From the NCBI GenBank assembly GCA_963674735.2, contig CAXXQS010000002.1, forward strand, positions 1,440,001 to 1,504,000: DNA of 64,000 nt, given 5' to 3'. The stretch is from Myxococcota bacterium. Lineage in GTDB: Bacteria; Myxococcota_A; SURF-8. The notes below the pieces were generated by a model. That model was not told where the DNA came from. It saw nothing but the letters and a program-made list of their open reading frames with translations, and ran no database searches. Made by a program: the position numbers and the translations under genes. Positions 17,972 to 27,828 of this stretch are shown in pieces. Numbering within the stretch: the stretch's first letter is position 1; each line of letters opens with the position of its first letter.

Positions 17972-20350
17972 CTAGAATAGCGGCAGATCGACGTAAAATC
18001 GGCAAAAACGGCCCGGCTCGCTTTCAACCAGGATCCGGCCATGATGGTCCTCGATGATGCCGTGGCTGACCGACAGGCCCAGGCCTGTCCCGATGTTGCG
18101 TGGTTTGGTGGTGAAAAACGGATCGAAAATGCGTTCCCGGATCTCGTCGGGGATCCCGGTGCCAAAGTCTTCCACCGACGTTCGCAACCACTTACCTTGT
18201 TCGTCCGAATAGACCCGTACTTGGATATTGATCTTTTTATCGGAATCGCTCTTTGGATAGCGCTCGTTCAGCGCGTCTCGCGCGTTGGCGATCAAATTCA
18301 TCAAAACCTGCATGACCTGCTGAGGACGACATTTCGCCAGCGGCAGATCCTCGGGAATGTCCAGACTCAGCATGACTTGATCCCGAAGCAGGATTTGTCC
18401 CATCAACTTTGAAATATCATTCAAAACCAAGCGGATGTCACCGGGACCGAGTGTTTCGGAATCCATGCGAGCGAACGCCAGCAGGCTTTTCACGATTTCC
18501 GCAATTCGGTCGCTTTCCGATAGGATATTTTCGGCGAATGCCGTCAGCTTTGAGTCGGTCGCCCAGTGGTCGCTGATCAATTGCGCGTAATTGATGATGA
18601 TGTTGATCGGGTTATTGATTTCATGGGCGACGCCGGAGGCCAGGGTACCGATGGCTTCCAACTTCTGTTGTTGGCGCAATTGCGCTTCCAATTCCATTTT
18701 ACGGGATTCGGTTTGTTTGGCTTCCGTCACATCATGTCCGACACCGATCAGGCTGTTGTCCGGCAATTGGAAATCGGCCCATAGTTGAATACGCTGCCGC
18801 CCATCTTTTGCAATGGGACGGCTTTCGCGGAACAGGCCGTCGTGTGTTTGCAAACCTTGTATCGTCTTTTCGTAAGCGGCCGGATCGGGGTAGCAGGCCT
18901 GTAGAATATTCGGATGGTGAATGGCTTCGTCGTAAGACCACCCGAGATCTTTTTCGGCTTGATGGTTCCAAAAGCGTAGTTTGCGGTCGGGACCGACACC
19001 GACGATCATAACCGGGGCGTTGGTGTAAATGGTCCGAAAGCGTTCCTCACTGCGGATCAGTTCTTGTCTATCATGATGGGTGGTGATTACTGCGGCGATT
19101 TGCGAGATAATGCCTTCCAGCAGGTTTTGCGTGAAAAGGCTGAACGACTTTTCCTGGTGGGAGGCCAGATTCAGAGACGCAACGACCTGCCCATCATGCT
19201 GGATGGGGATGGCGCAGAAAGATTCGATTCCTTCAAGGTCAGAGATGTCGTAAGTAAGTTGTTTGAGTGTCTCGGCATTGGCAAAGATCGGTTTTCCCGC
19301 GACGACAAGCATAGCTTGCGCCGTGCTTGAATCATAATAGGAAACCTCCTGCACGAATTCTTCTGCCAGCCCGGAGTGTGTCGCCAATGTCAGGTCGCCG
19401 GATTCATGATTGAGCAGATAGATGCCCCCGCTATCCATATCGGCGATACGGATTGCGGCTGTCAGACAGAGTTGTAGATCTTCCTTCAATCCGATCGGGG
19501 TGCTGAGCGCCAGTCCGAGATCTCGTTGGATACGAATGTTTCGTTCGGCATGCAATCGGACTCGGATCTCGTTTTCCAGTTCCACGTTTTTTTGTTGCAG
19601 TTCGGCCGTTCTCGCAGCAACGATTTTTTCCAGATCCTGCTGGTGTTTCCGGAGTTTGTCTTGAATCTGCTGTCGTTCGTCCGCTTTCTGGTGGAGCCTG
19701 TTGTTTGTTTCCACCAATTCTTGTTCGCGCTGTTTCAAAAGAGTGAGCGAGGTTTCGAGATGATTGTGCAGGGTTCCGAGAGCGACCACGCCGACCCCCC
19801 CCAGCACGACAAACAATGCCGCTCCGAGCCACCACGAGGTGGTATGGCTGGAATCGAGCCATATATGTGTTTCCGGTATGATGATACCGTTGGTTATCAG
19901 GATCCCGATGACGGCGAGGCCCAGAATGCCACCCGCAATCGTGATGAGTCCCATGCGCAGGTTAATCAAGACTGTCGACAAGACACTTAAGAGCAGCAGA
20001 AACCAGACCCCGGCTCCGCTGAGACCGAAACGTGCCAGAATGTGGATGGAAATACCGTAGATGACGATGAATCCGAGACAGCTACGAAAATTGAATGAGA
20101 CGTGGCGGCCCAGGACAAGTCCAATCGGGGCGATCAGATAAACGCCGATGTAAAAAGCGATCAGTCCCCAATTTTGTTGGGGCCACGCCTTCATAACACC
20201 GGCCATTGTGCTGAAAAACCCGAGGATGGTAAAGGTCAGAAAAACCCCGGATAGGATCCGATTGCGCAGATCCTCGATGGATTTTACGCTTGTCGTGATG
20301 TCGGAAACGGCCGTTTCGTCATTTTTCATTAATGACGGCTTATCATTCAT
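17972..20350 (-). CDS. Membrane sensor histidine kinase (TM region, coiled coil, GAF, PAS, HisKA, HATPase)
   Basis: [10 protein letters not shown]-box, [29 protein letters not shown]. Confidence 0.92.
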   Translation of the reverse strand: MNDKPSLMKNDETAVSDITTSVKSIEDLRNRILSGVFLTFTILGFFSTMAGVMKAWPQQNWGLIAFYIGVYLIAPIGLVLGRHVSFNFRSCLGFIVIYGISIHILARFGLSGAGVWFLLLLSVLSTVLINLRMGLITIAGGILGLAVIGILITNGIIIPETHIWLDSSHTTSWWLGAALFVVLGGVGVVALGTLHNHLETSLTLLKQREQELVETNNRLHQKADERQQIQDKLRKHQQDLEKIVAARTAELQQKNVELENEIRVRLHAERNIRIQRDLGLALSTPIGLKEDLQLCLTAAIRIADMDSGGIYLLNHESGDLTLATHSGLAEEFVQEVSYYDSSTAQAMLVVAGKPIFANAETLKQLTYDISDLEGIESFCAIPIQHDGQVVASLNLASHQEKSFSLFTQNLLEGIISQIAAVITTHHDRQELIRSEERFRTIYTNAPVMIVGVGPDRKLRFWNHQAEKDLGWSYDEAIHHPNILQACYPDPAAYEKTIQGLQTHDGLFRESRPIAKDGRQRIQLWADFQLPDNSLIGVGHDVTEAKQTESRKMELEAQLRQQQKLEAIGTLASGVAHEINNPINIIINYAQLISDHWATDSKLTAFAENILSESDRIAEIVKSLLAFARMDSETLGPGDIRLVLNDISKLMGQILLRDQVMLSLDIPEDLPLAKCRPQQVMQVLMNLIANARDALNERYPKSDSDKKINIQVRVYSDEQGKWLRTSVEDFGTGIPDEIRERIFDPFFTTKPRNIGTGLGLSVSHGIIEDHHGRILVESEPGRFCRFYVDLPLF

Positions 20351-20507
20351 TGGGAGGTCTGCCTTGTTAACAGCGGATTGACGGCCTGGCTCTTTCGCTC
20401 AGCGTAATAGACATAATAGAATAATTCCAAATTATCAAGAATGTTTTGTTATCTTTCCTTAACATTCGTGTTTCCCAGGTGGTTTAAGCGGGTTGTGTTG
20501 CTTGAGG

Positions 20508-20537
20508 TTGCATAAACCACTCCGTTTCCTATATAAT
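20508..20537 (+). promoter_or_regulatory. sigma70-type promoter
   Basis: TTGCAT-18 bp-TATAAT upstream of GAGGA RBS and 20584. Confidence 0.5.
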
Positions 20538-20583
20538 ACGTATCAGGACGGCCATTTGATCCAATTCAACAAACGAGGACGCG

Positions 20584-21048
20584 GTGAAGGCAATTATCAT
20601 CCCCTATACCCCTAAAAAGTGGTTTCACGAAACCAAAGGTGGGGAAAAGGAAGGGGCGAAACTGATTCGTCGCCTACGAACCTACGTCGGAGATATCCCG
20701 GCGGGTGTGAAAATGTTTACCGATGGTCGGCCGGAGTCACGTAAGTTGGCGGATTCCATGGCCGCCGAGCTTTCGGGTGTCGAAAGTTTGCGTTTCGTCT
20801 GGTCTAATCGGCGGATGCCGTTGCAGGTTGCGCTGGGCCAGTTCGGGCAGGTGGTGCGAGCGATGACGATGATGAGAGCCTCGGGGATTATTTGTATTAT
20901 TCCGGCTGGAATCACTGCCAGCTATGTTGAATCGATTGCTGAATTAATGAGATTGAAAGTTCCGGACGATATTTTGCAGCGGGCGGATCGCTCGATTGTC
21001 TTCATGGATACCGCCGGTTCGGGTACCGTTCGGGGGATTGCTCCTTAA
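20584..21048 (+). CDS. Hypothetical protein, possibly a degenerate histidine-phosphatase fold
   Basis: RBS and promoter present; secondary-structure pattern similar to neighbour but no RHG. Confidence 0.5.
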   Translation: MKAIIIPYTPKKWFHETKGGEKEGAKLIRRLRTYVGDIPAGVKMFTDGRPESRKLADSMAAELSGVESLRFVWSNRRMPLQVALGQFGQVVRAMTMMRASGIICIIPAGITASYVESIAELMRLKVPDDILQRADRSIVFMDTAGSGTVRGIAP

Positions 21049-21185
21049 AGCCATTCTCAAGTACAAAGTGTTTCAACGTGAGTTCGTTCCCGCAAGGAAT
21101 TGTTGGTTTTCATATTTAAAGATGTGGAGAAAATGCCTTTGACAATCCGCCCGATTCCCTTCTTTACCCCCGCTTCGCCTTTACC

Positions 21186-21827
21186 ATGACATCCCGCATC
21201 CTGCTGTTGCGCCATGGCTGTACACCTCAAGGGCGTGAACATGTCTTCCGGGGCCTGACGGATGATCCGTTGGGTACTTTGGGGGTTCGGCAGGCTCGGG
21301 CGGTGGCCGAATGCCTGGAGCAGGCCCCGATTGCCCGCTTGGTTTCGTCGCCCTTGCGTCGTGCGCGTCAGACGATCGAACCGTTGGCGGAACGACTGGG
21401 ATGTCCGATCGAGATCGCCGAGGGGTTGAATGATATGGATTTCGGTGATTGGGAAGGGCGCAGTCTGGATGAGCTGGAGGAGTCCGACCCCGAGCGCTTG
21501 GCCTTGTGGCGCAGGGATCCGGAAATGGTGGAGATTCCGGGAGGTGAGCGGCTGACGCAGGTGGCCGCGCGTGTACGCGAGACCTGGCGCGGCCTGCTCG
21601 AAAAATCGCAAAATGGTGATTTGTTGATTTGTAGTCACCGGCTCATCTTGAAAATATTGATTCTCGATATTTTGCACAAGCCATTGAAAGAATTCCTATC
21701 GCTGCCCCTGGATCCGGCCAGCCTGAGCGTTGTTTCGCCATGCGATGGCGGCCTTTGTCTGGAGCGGCTTAATGATATCCGTCACCTGGCCGGCTTGCAG
21801 CCTGTGGGCTTGAGAACGGACCATTGA
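21186..21827 (+). CDS. Histidine phosphatase family protein (CobC/GpmB-like)
   Basis: LLRHG, SSPLRRARQT, DFGDWEG, PGGE, ICSH. Confidence 0.9.
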   Translation: MTSRILLLRHGCTPQGREHVFRGLTDDPLGTLGVRQARAVAECLEQAPIARLVSSPLRRARQTIEPLAERLGCPIEIAEGLNDMDFGDWEGRSLDELEESDPERLALWRRDPEMVEIPGGERLTQVAARVRETWRGLLEKSQNGDLLICSHRLILKILILDILHKPLKEFLSLPLDPASLSVVSPCDGGLCLERLNDIRHLAGLQPVGLRTDH

Positions 21828-21911
21828 CCGGCGATAGGGGGTGTGCTACAGATGGAATTCAAGAAGATCGCGAAGTCGGGTGACCTGTGTTCATGGCTGG
21901 AAGGAGGCCTC

Positions 21912-22280
21912 ATGTCGATGCCACGCGCATGTGTTGTGGGTTTGATGGCGGTGTTGGTGATCGTGGCTGTCGGGATTGTCGGCTGCGGCGGAAGCGGTCT
22001 GCCGGGTGAGTGCAACAAGCTTTGTAAAAAATCCGGCGAATGCAGTCAGCAGGAAAGCTGGCTTTTCTCGATCAGCGAGTGCAAGCGCGAATGTGGGGAA
22101 AGCTTCGAACGGATGCAGATCATCGGCTGCGACAAATTGACCGTCGACTATCAGAAGTGTGTTTTGGAAGTCGATTGCACGCTGTGGGACGACTTGAATG
22201 ATGCGTGCGAAAGTGAAATCGAGAATTTGACCGCCTGTATCCAGGACGAGGCCGAGGGCGCGACGCCGCTTTCTTTTTAG
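21912..22280 (+). CDS. Small Cys-rich helical lipoprotein
   Basis: AAGGAGG RBS, lipobox IVGC, CxxxC pairs. Confidence 0.75.
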   Translation: MSMPRACVVGLMAVLVIVAVGIVGCGGSGLPGECNKLCKKSGECSQQESWLFSISECKRECGESFERMQIIGCDKLTVDYQKCVLEVDCTLWDDLNDACESEIENLTACIQDEAEGATPLSF

Positions 22281-22327
22281 TCCGGCAGCATGACATTCTT
22301 CGGGAGCGTTCACGGAAGGAGGCTCGG

Positions 22328-22705
22328 ATGTATCGTGTCAGAAAGGAAGCGGACTTCGCCGCATCCCATCATCTACGCAATTATAACGGGAAATGCGAAA
22401 ACATTCATGGCCATAACTGGCGGGTGGTCGTCACCGCGGAAGGCCGGGATCTGAATGCCGGGGGGATGCTGATCGATTTCGGCGATCTGAAACGGACGCT
22501 GAAAGAGGTTCTGCAGCGTTTTGACCATACCGATCTCAATGTGGTTCCGCCTTTCGATGTGCAGGAACCCTCGGCCGAAAACATCGCCCGCAATGTTTGC
22601 GATGAAATGGCGAAACGGGTGGATCGCGAGGGGGTCCGAGTGGTTGAAGTCGAGGTATGGGAGACCACCACGTCCTGTGCAACCTATATCCGGGAAGCCG
22701 ACTGA
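22328..22705 (+). CDS. queD: 6-carboxy-5,6,7,8-tetrahydropterin synthase
   Basis: FAASH, CENIHGHNW, DFGDLK, DH..LN, PSAENIA, WET. Confidence 0.95.
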   Translation: MYRVRKEADFAASHHLRNYNGKCENIHGHNWRVVVTAEGRDLNAGGMLIDFGDLKRTLKEVLQRFDHTDLNVVPPFDVQEPSAENIARNVCDEMAKRVDREGVRVVEVEVWETTTSCATYIREAD

Positions 22706-23760
22706 TGCTACCTCGGAAGCGCTGGTGTTGGATGGGCTTGGTTACATTGGGCGTTCCGGCGGCCTTGGTCGGAGCGGCTTGGTGGATGGTCGGTGGCTGG
22801 CCTGAACCGGAGTTGCAACAGGGAACCATCGAACGCGGTTCCTGGACGGGTGAGCGTCGTGGGGCTATCCCGCCGGTATTGAAGGTGTTTTCCTATAACA
22901 TGCATTTTGGTGTCGGTCGTGAGGATGACTTCGAGCAACGGCGCACGCGTGCCGAATTGGACCGCGTTTTGGAGGGCATCGCCGAGTTGATTCGTCGTTT
23001 GGACCCTGATGTCGTGTTGTTGCAAGAAGTCGATTTCGCCTCGGATCGTACCCAGCGCATCAACCAGATGCGTGTCCTGGCCGAAAAGGCCGGATTCCCG
23101 TATATGGCTCCCGTGGTGACCTGGGATAAAGGCTGGTTACCCTTTCCCAAGTGGCCGCCTTCGAAACATTACGGGCGTATGCTGTCGGGTCAGGCGGTAT
23201 TGTCCAGGTGGCCGATCGTTTTGAACGAACGGCTCCATTTGCCGAAGCCGCAGTCGTTTCCGTGGTGGTATCGCGCCTTTTACCTCAATCGCACCCTGCA
23301 GCATGTTCGTGTGAATCTCGCCGGGCGCAATCTGGACGTTTTCAACGTACACACCGAAGCCTACGATGTCCCAAACCGCCAGATCCATGCCGAGATGGTG
23401 CGTGATTGGGTGAGTCGTTGGCAGGGCAAGTGGAACGTATTGGCCGGTGATTTCAATGCTATACCCCCCGAGGCAAGCGTCAGGAAGGGATTTCCGGATG
23501 AGCCGGACTGCGACATGTCGCGTGATCGCAGCGTCGAAACTGTGCGCAAGCTGGGCTGGGCCGAGATCATTCCGCCGACTCGCTATCGTTCCGATGAAGC
23601 GGCCGCTCTGACTTTTCCCGCCGATCGCCCCAACCGCAGGCTCGATTATCTCTATGTTTCACCCGGTTTCACCATTCAATCCGGGCGGATTGTCCATGAA
23701 GCCGAAACACTGTCGGATCACCTCCCCACTTTCGTGGAAGCCGGCTGGCCTGTCCCATAA
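22705..23760 (+). CDS. Endonuclease/exonuclease/phosphatase family protein with N-terminal anchor
   Basis: SYN, LQEVD, GDFN, LDY, SDHLP motifs; TGATG coupling to queD. Confidence 0.9.
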   Translation: MLPRKRWCWMGLVTLGVPAALVGAAWWMVGGWPEPELQQGTIERGSWTGERRGAIPPVLKVFSYNMHFGVGREDDFEQRRTRAELDRVLEGIAELIRRLDPDVVLLQEVDFASDRTQRINQMRVLAEKAGFPYMAPVVTWDKGWLPFPKWPPSKHYGRMLSGQAVLSRWPIVLNERLHLPKPQSFPWWYRAFYLNRTLQHVRVNLAGRNLDVFNVHTEAYDVPNRQIHAEMVRDWVSRWQGKWNVLAGDFNAIPPEASVRKGFPDEPDCDMSRDRSVETVRKLGWAEIIPPTRYRSDEAAALTFPADRPNRRLDYLYVSPGFTIQSGRIVHEAETLSDHLPTFVEAGWPVP

Positions 23761-23859
23761 CCGCTGGGAATTTGCCGAATTTTTCAAGCTATGCTACTAT
23801 CCGAGGACGTCTGAAAAGGGCATGTAACCGGCCAACCACCATTAATCAGGGCGGATAAA

Positions 23860-25560
23860 ATGGAGACGGCTCCCGAGACCCTGCAATGGGAAAACAAACA
23901 GAAACGGCTTTTAGCATTGATTCTGTTTCGGATTCTCACCATTACGGTGTTGCTGGGTTCGTCCGTCATCATCAATATCAAAACCGACCAACCCTGGACG
24001 CGTGTTCAGTACATCATTTTCTATTCCATCGGCGTCACCTATCTGCTTTCCATTTTTTACCTGCTGGCCGCCAAATATACGCGAAACTATGTTTTCCAAT
24101 CGGTAACTCAACTTGTGGGCGACCTGATCTTCTGGTCCAGTCTTGTTTACCTAACCGGTGGATTACACAGCCCATTCACGTTTCTTTACACCCTGACCAT
24201 CATCCATGGGTCGATCTTGCTGCGCAAGTTCGGTGCGCTGTTGACCTCGTCATTGGCGACTGTTTTTCTGATTCTCGTCATCTGGATGGAATCCAATCAG
24301 ATTTTCCATCAGTCGTTGGGGCTGCAAGCCTCCTTTTATCATTTCTGGGAATTCGATGAAGTTTACCACTTCTTTCTGAATTTCTGCATGTTGATCCTGA
24401 CGGCCTTGCTTGCCAGTTATCTGGCCGAGCAGTTGGCGGCGCGCGAAGAAGTGCTGACGCGCCAGACGATGAGTCTGGAGATGCAGCGCATGCTCAACCG
24501 TTCCATCGTGCGCGGTATTTCATCGGGTTTCATTATGACCGATCTGCGCGGACGCGTGACGTTCATCAACGATGCGGCGGAAAACCTGATTGAAACCACC
24601 CGGCGCGATTGTCAGGAAAAACCGGTGGTGGATATTCTGCCGGAATTGGAAAGCGGCCTTTCACGCGAGTTAAATGGCGACGAATGGGGTCGTCGCATGG
24701 AGATTACCCGGCGGGAAAATTCCGGGCAGATGCAATGGGTGACCGCCCAGTTTTCAGATTTGCTCGGGGCGCGCCAGGAACGGGTGGGTATCCTGATTCA
24801 GTTGGAGAACATCACCGAGCGGCGCAAGCTGGAGGAGAAAGTTTTCCGCAGTGAGAAACTGGCGGCTATCGGTGAGCTGGCCGCCGGTATCGCGCACGAA
24901 ATCCGCAATCCCCTGACCTCGATTTCCGGTTCGATTCAGATGCTATCGGCCGATTTGTCCGAAGGCAGCGATAACCAGAAACTCATGGAAATCATTCTGC
25001 GTGAAACCGACCGCCTGAATCTGTTGATCGATGATTTCCTCTCCTACGCGCGGCCGAAATCGATGACGACCGATGTGGTGTATCTGCAAGAAATCCTGGA
25101 AGATATCACCCATCTGGTCGAGCAGACGACGGGTGGAAGACGGGTTCATTTACGGACGGAATACGAAGAGCATTTGCCCGAATTGTATGCCGACTCCAAC
25201 CAGATTCGTCAGGTGTTATGGAATGTCATCAAAAATTCGGTCGAGTCCTTGCCGGACAATCGTCCGGGTGTGGTTTGGGTGACGATCGGCCGAGCCGAAG
25301 CGTCCGATCACAGGATTCGTTTCGTGATTCGCGACAACGGGCGTGGGATGTCGCGCGAGGTTAAAGACCGGGTTTTCGATCCTTTCTACACAACCAAGCA
25401 AGGAGGAACGGGCTTGGGCATGGCGATTGTGTACCAGATTATCCATGCCCATGGCGGAACGGTTGAAGTGGAATCCGAATCCGGTGTCGGGACGACCTTC
25501 ACGATCGTTTTACCCTGCAGAAGTGAAGAAGAACTGAGCCGAGTGGCGGCGGGAGGATAA
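23860..25560 (+). CDS. pilS: Type IV pilus sensor histidine kinase PilS
   Basis: Multi-TM N-terminus with LVYLTGG..SPF, PAS, AHEIRNPL; followed by pilR and pilD. Confidence 0.85.
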   Translation: METAPETLQWENKQKRLLALILFRILTITVLLGSSVIINIKTDQPWTRVQYIIFYSIGVTYLLSIFYLLAAKYTRNYVFQSVTQLVGDLIFWSSLVYLTGGLHSPFTFLYTLTIIHGSILLRKFGALLTSSLATVFLILVIWMESNQIFHQSLGLQASFYHFWEFDEVYHFFLNFCMLILTALLASYLAEQLAAREEVLTRQTMSLEMQRMLNRSIVRGISSGFIMTDLRGRVTFINDAAENLIETTRRDCQEKPVVDILPELESGLSRELNGDEWGRRMEITRRENSGQMQWVTAQFSDLLGARQERVGILIQLENITERRKLEEKVFRSEKLAAIGELAAGIAHEIRNPLTSISGSIQMLSADLSEGSDNQKLMEIILRETDRLNLLIDDFLSYARPKSMTTDVVYLQEILEDITHLVEQTTGGRRVHLRTEYEEHLPELYADSNQIRQVLWNVIKNSVESLPDNRPGVVWVTIGRAEASDHRIRFVIRDNGRGMSREVKDRVFDPFYTTKQGGTGLGMAIVYQIIHAHGGTVEVESESGVGTTFTIVLPCRSEEELSRVAAGG

Positions 25561-25564
25561 AACG

Positions 25565-26968
25565 GTGACTCATCGCATTCTGGTGGTCGATGATGAACAG
25601 AGTATGCGGGATTTCCTGTCGATCTTCCTCAAAAAGGAAGGTTTCGAAGTGGAAACCGCCGCCGATGGCGAAAAAGCTCTCGAAGTCGTCGCCCGGACGC
25701 CGATCGACCTGATCATTTCCGATGTCCGTATGTCGGCCATGGATGGCATGCGCCTTTTAAGGGAGGTGAAACGCCGGGAAGCCTCCATCGAAGTGATCGT
25801 GATGACGGCTTATGGTTCGACCGCCGATGCCATCAAGGCCATGCGCGATGGTGCGTACGATTACATTTCCAAGCCGTTCAAATTGAACGAAGTCAAGGTA
25901 ACCATTCAGAAAGCCCTGAAAAAACGGGAGCTTGCAAAAACCGCTCCGGAGCCGGAAGTCGCGTCGCCACCCAAGAAGCAGGAACATAACATTGTCGGCA
26001 AGTCGGCGGCGATGCAAAAGGTTTTCGAGATGATCAACCGCGTGGCGGATACCAAAACCACGATTTTGATCACGGGTGAGAGCGGCACGGGAAAAGAGCT
26101 GGTGGCGCGCGCGATTCACGACGGGTCGGTGCGAGCCGGGAAAGCGTTTGTGACGATCAACTGCGGCGCGATTCCCTCCGAGTTGATGGAGTCGGAGCTG
26201 TTCGGTCATCTGCGCGGCTCGTTTACGGGTGCGGTGCGCGATAAAGACGGTTTGTTCAAGGTGGCGGATGGCGGGACTTTGTTTTTGGACGAAGTCTCCG
26301 AGCTGCCGCTTCAATTGCAGGTCAAACTGCTGCGTGCGCTGCAGGAACGCCGTGTCACACCGGTGGGAGGCAGCGACGAAATCCCGATCGATACGCGCGT
26401 CATCGCGGCCACCAATCGCGATCTGCTCGAAGACGTGCGCTTTGGCCGATTCCGGGAGGATCTCTACTATCGGTTGAATGTCATTCAAGTTCGCCTGCCG
26501 CCTCTGCGTGAACGCACCGAGGATATTCCGCTTTTAGTGGAGCATTTCATCAAGCGTGCCTGTTTGGAGATGAGTCGGGAGCCCATGCGTATCTCCGAGG
26601 CGGCCATGATGATCCTGACGAGCCATCCGTATCCGGGAAACGTGCGCGAATTGTCCAATCTTCTGGAGCGGGCGGTGGCGCTTGAGAATTCCGACCAGGT
26701 TCGGCCGCAAAGCCTGCCTTCCCATCTGCTGGAGCGTCATGAAGAATCTCCGGTGAAGCATGAATACGATCCGCTCAAAATCGATTTATCTCGCGGGACC
26801 AATCTCGATGCGGTGCTGGAGCAGGTTGAATACCACTTGCTGCGGGATGCGCTCGATCAGGCCGCAGGGGTGAAAACCGAGGCGGCGAAGATTCTGGGTA
26901 TCACGTTCCGCTCGTTACGCTACCGACTCAAGAAGCATAAACTCGACGATGAAAGGGAAAATTCGTGA
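25565..26968 (+). CDS. pilR: sigma54-dependent response regulator PilR
   Basis: Receiver, GESGTGKE, GSFTGA, C-terminal LGITFRSLRYRL HTH. Confidence 0.9.
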   Translation: MTHRILVVDDEQSMRDFLSIFLKKEGFEVETAADGEKALEVVARTPIDLIISDVRMSAMDGMRLLREVKRREASIEVIVMTAYGSTADAIKAMRDGAYDYISKPFKLNEVKVTIQKALKKRELAKTAPEPEVASPPKKQEHNIVGKSAAMQKVFEMINRVADTKTTILITGESGTGKELVARAIHDGSVRAGKAFVTINCGAIPSELMESELFGHLRGSFTGAVRDKDGLFKVADGGTLFLDEVSELPLQLQVKLLRALQERRVTPVGGSDEIPIDTRVIAATNRDLLEDVRFGRFREDLYYRLNVIQVRLPPLRERTEDIPLLVEHFIKRACLEMSREPMRISEAAMMILTSHPYPGNVRELSNLLERAVALENSDQVRPQSLPSHLLERHEESPVKHEYDPLKIDLSRGTNLDAVLEQVEYHLLRDALDQAAGVKTEAAKILGITFRSLRYRLKKHKLDDERENS

Positions 26969-27819
26969 TGAGCGATCCGTGGGTGCTGACACAGGTGATT
27001 TTCGTCTTCCTTTTCGGGATTTCCATCGGGAGTTTTCTCAATGTCGTGATCTTTCGCGTACCGGCCGGGAAATCGATCGTCCGCCCGCCGTCCCACTGCC
27101 CGGCTTGCGGCTATCAATTGCGCTGGTATGACAACATCCCGCTTGTCAGCTACCTGATGCTGGGCGGCAAATGCCGGGGCTGCAAAGCGGGCATCTCCAT
27201 CCAGTATCCCCTGGTGGAACTGGTCACCGGCGCATTGGCGATCGCCTGCTGGTCGATGTTCGGATTGGGATGGGCCCTGGTGTTCTATTTCGCCTTTTGC
27301 GCGGCGCTGCTGGTCGTGAGCTTCATCGATATCCCCTATCAGATCATCCCCAACGAAATCTCCCTGCCCGGTATTGCGGTGGGCATTCTGGCCAGCTTTG
27401 TAACGGGCAAAGTGACGTGGTTCGATTCGATCATCGGGGCGTTGATCGGGTTCAGCCTGATCGCCTTGATCGCCTTCGGCTATTACTTCCTGACCAAGCG
27501 CGAAGGCATGGGGATGGGCGATGCCAAGCTGTTGGCCATGATCGCCGCGTTTTTGGGTTGGCAAAGTATTCCTTTCGTGCTGCTGGCGGCTTCCCTGCAG
27601 GGGTTGGCGGTGGCCTTGATCGGGATCGGATCCGGCTATATCAAAAAAGCTCCGCCGTTGCCGGACCCGGAGGATTGGGAGGGCGATACGCCGCCCGAGG
27701 AAACCGAAGACGTGCCGTTGCGTTTGGCGGCGATTCCATTCGGCCCGTTTTTATCGCTGGCGGCGCTGGAGTTTTTGTTCTTCGGCTCGGTTTATATGGA
27801 CATGCTGGCGGGCCTGTGA
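26965..27819 (+). CDS. pilD: Prepilin peptidase/N-methyltransferase
   Basis: GSFLNVVI.R.P, SHCPAC...GKCRGC, GMGMGDAKL, IPFGPFL. Confidence 0.95.
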   Translation: MMSDPWVLTQVIFVFLFGISIGSFLNVVIFRVPAGKSIVRPPSHCPACGYQLRWYDNIPLVSYLMLGGKCRGCKAGISIQYPLVELVTGALAIACWSMFGLGWALVFYFAFCAALLVVSFIDIPYQIIPNEISLPGIAVGILASFVTGKVTWFDSIIGALIGFSLIALIAFGYYFLTKREGMGMGDAKLLAMIAAFLGWQSIPFVLLAASLQGLAVALIGIGSGYIKKAPPLPDPEDWEGDTPPEETEDVPLRLAAIPFGPFLSLAALEFLFFGSVYMDMLAGL

Positions 27820-27828
27820 GGCTGAACC

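Noticed and set aside
21069-21086. TGTTTCAACGTGAGTTC resembling parS
   Set aside because: Extra base and a broken right arm relative to TGTTTCACGTGAAACA
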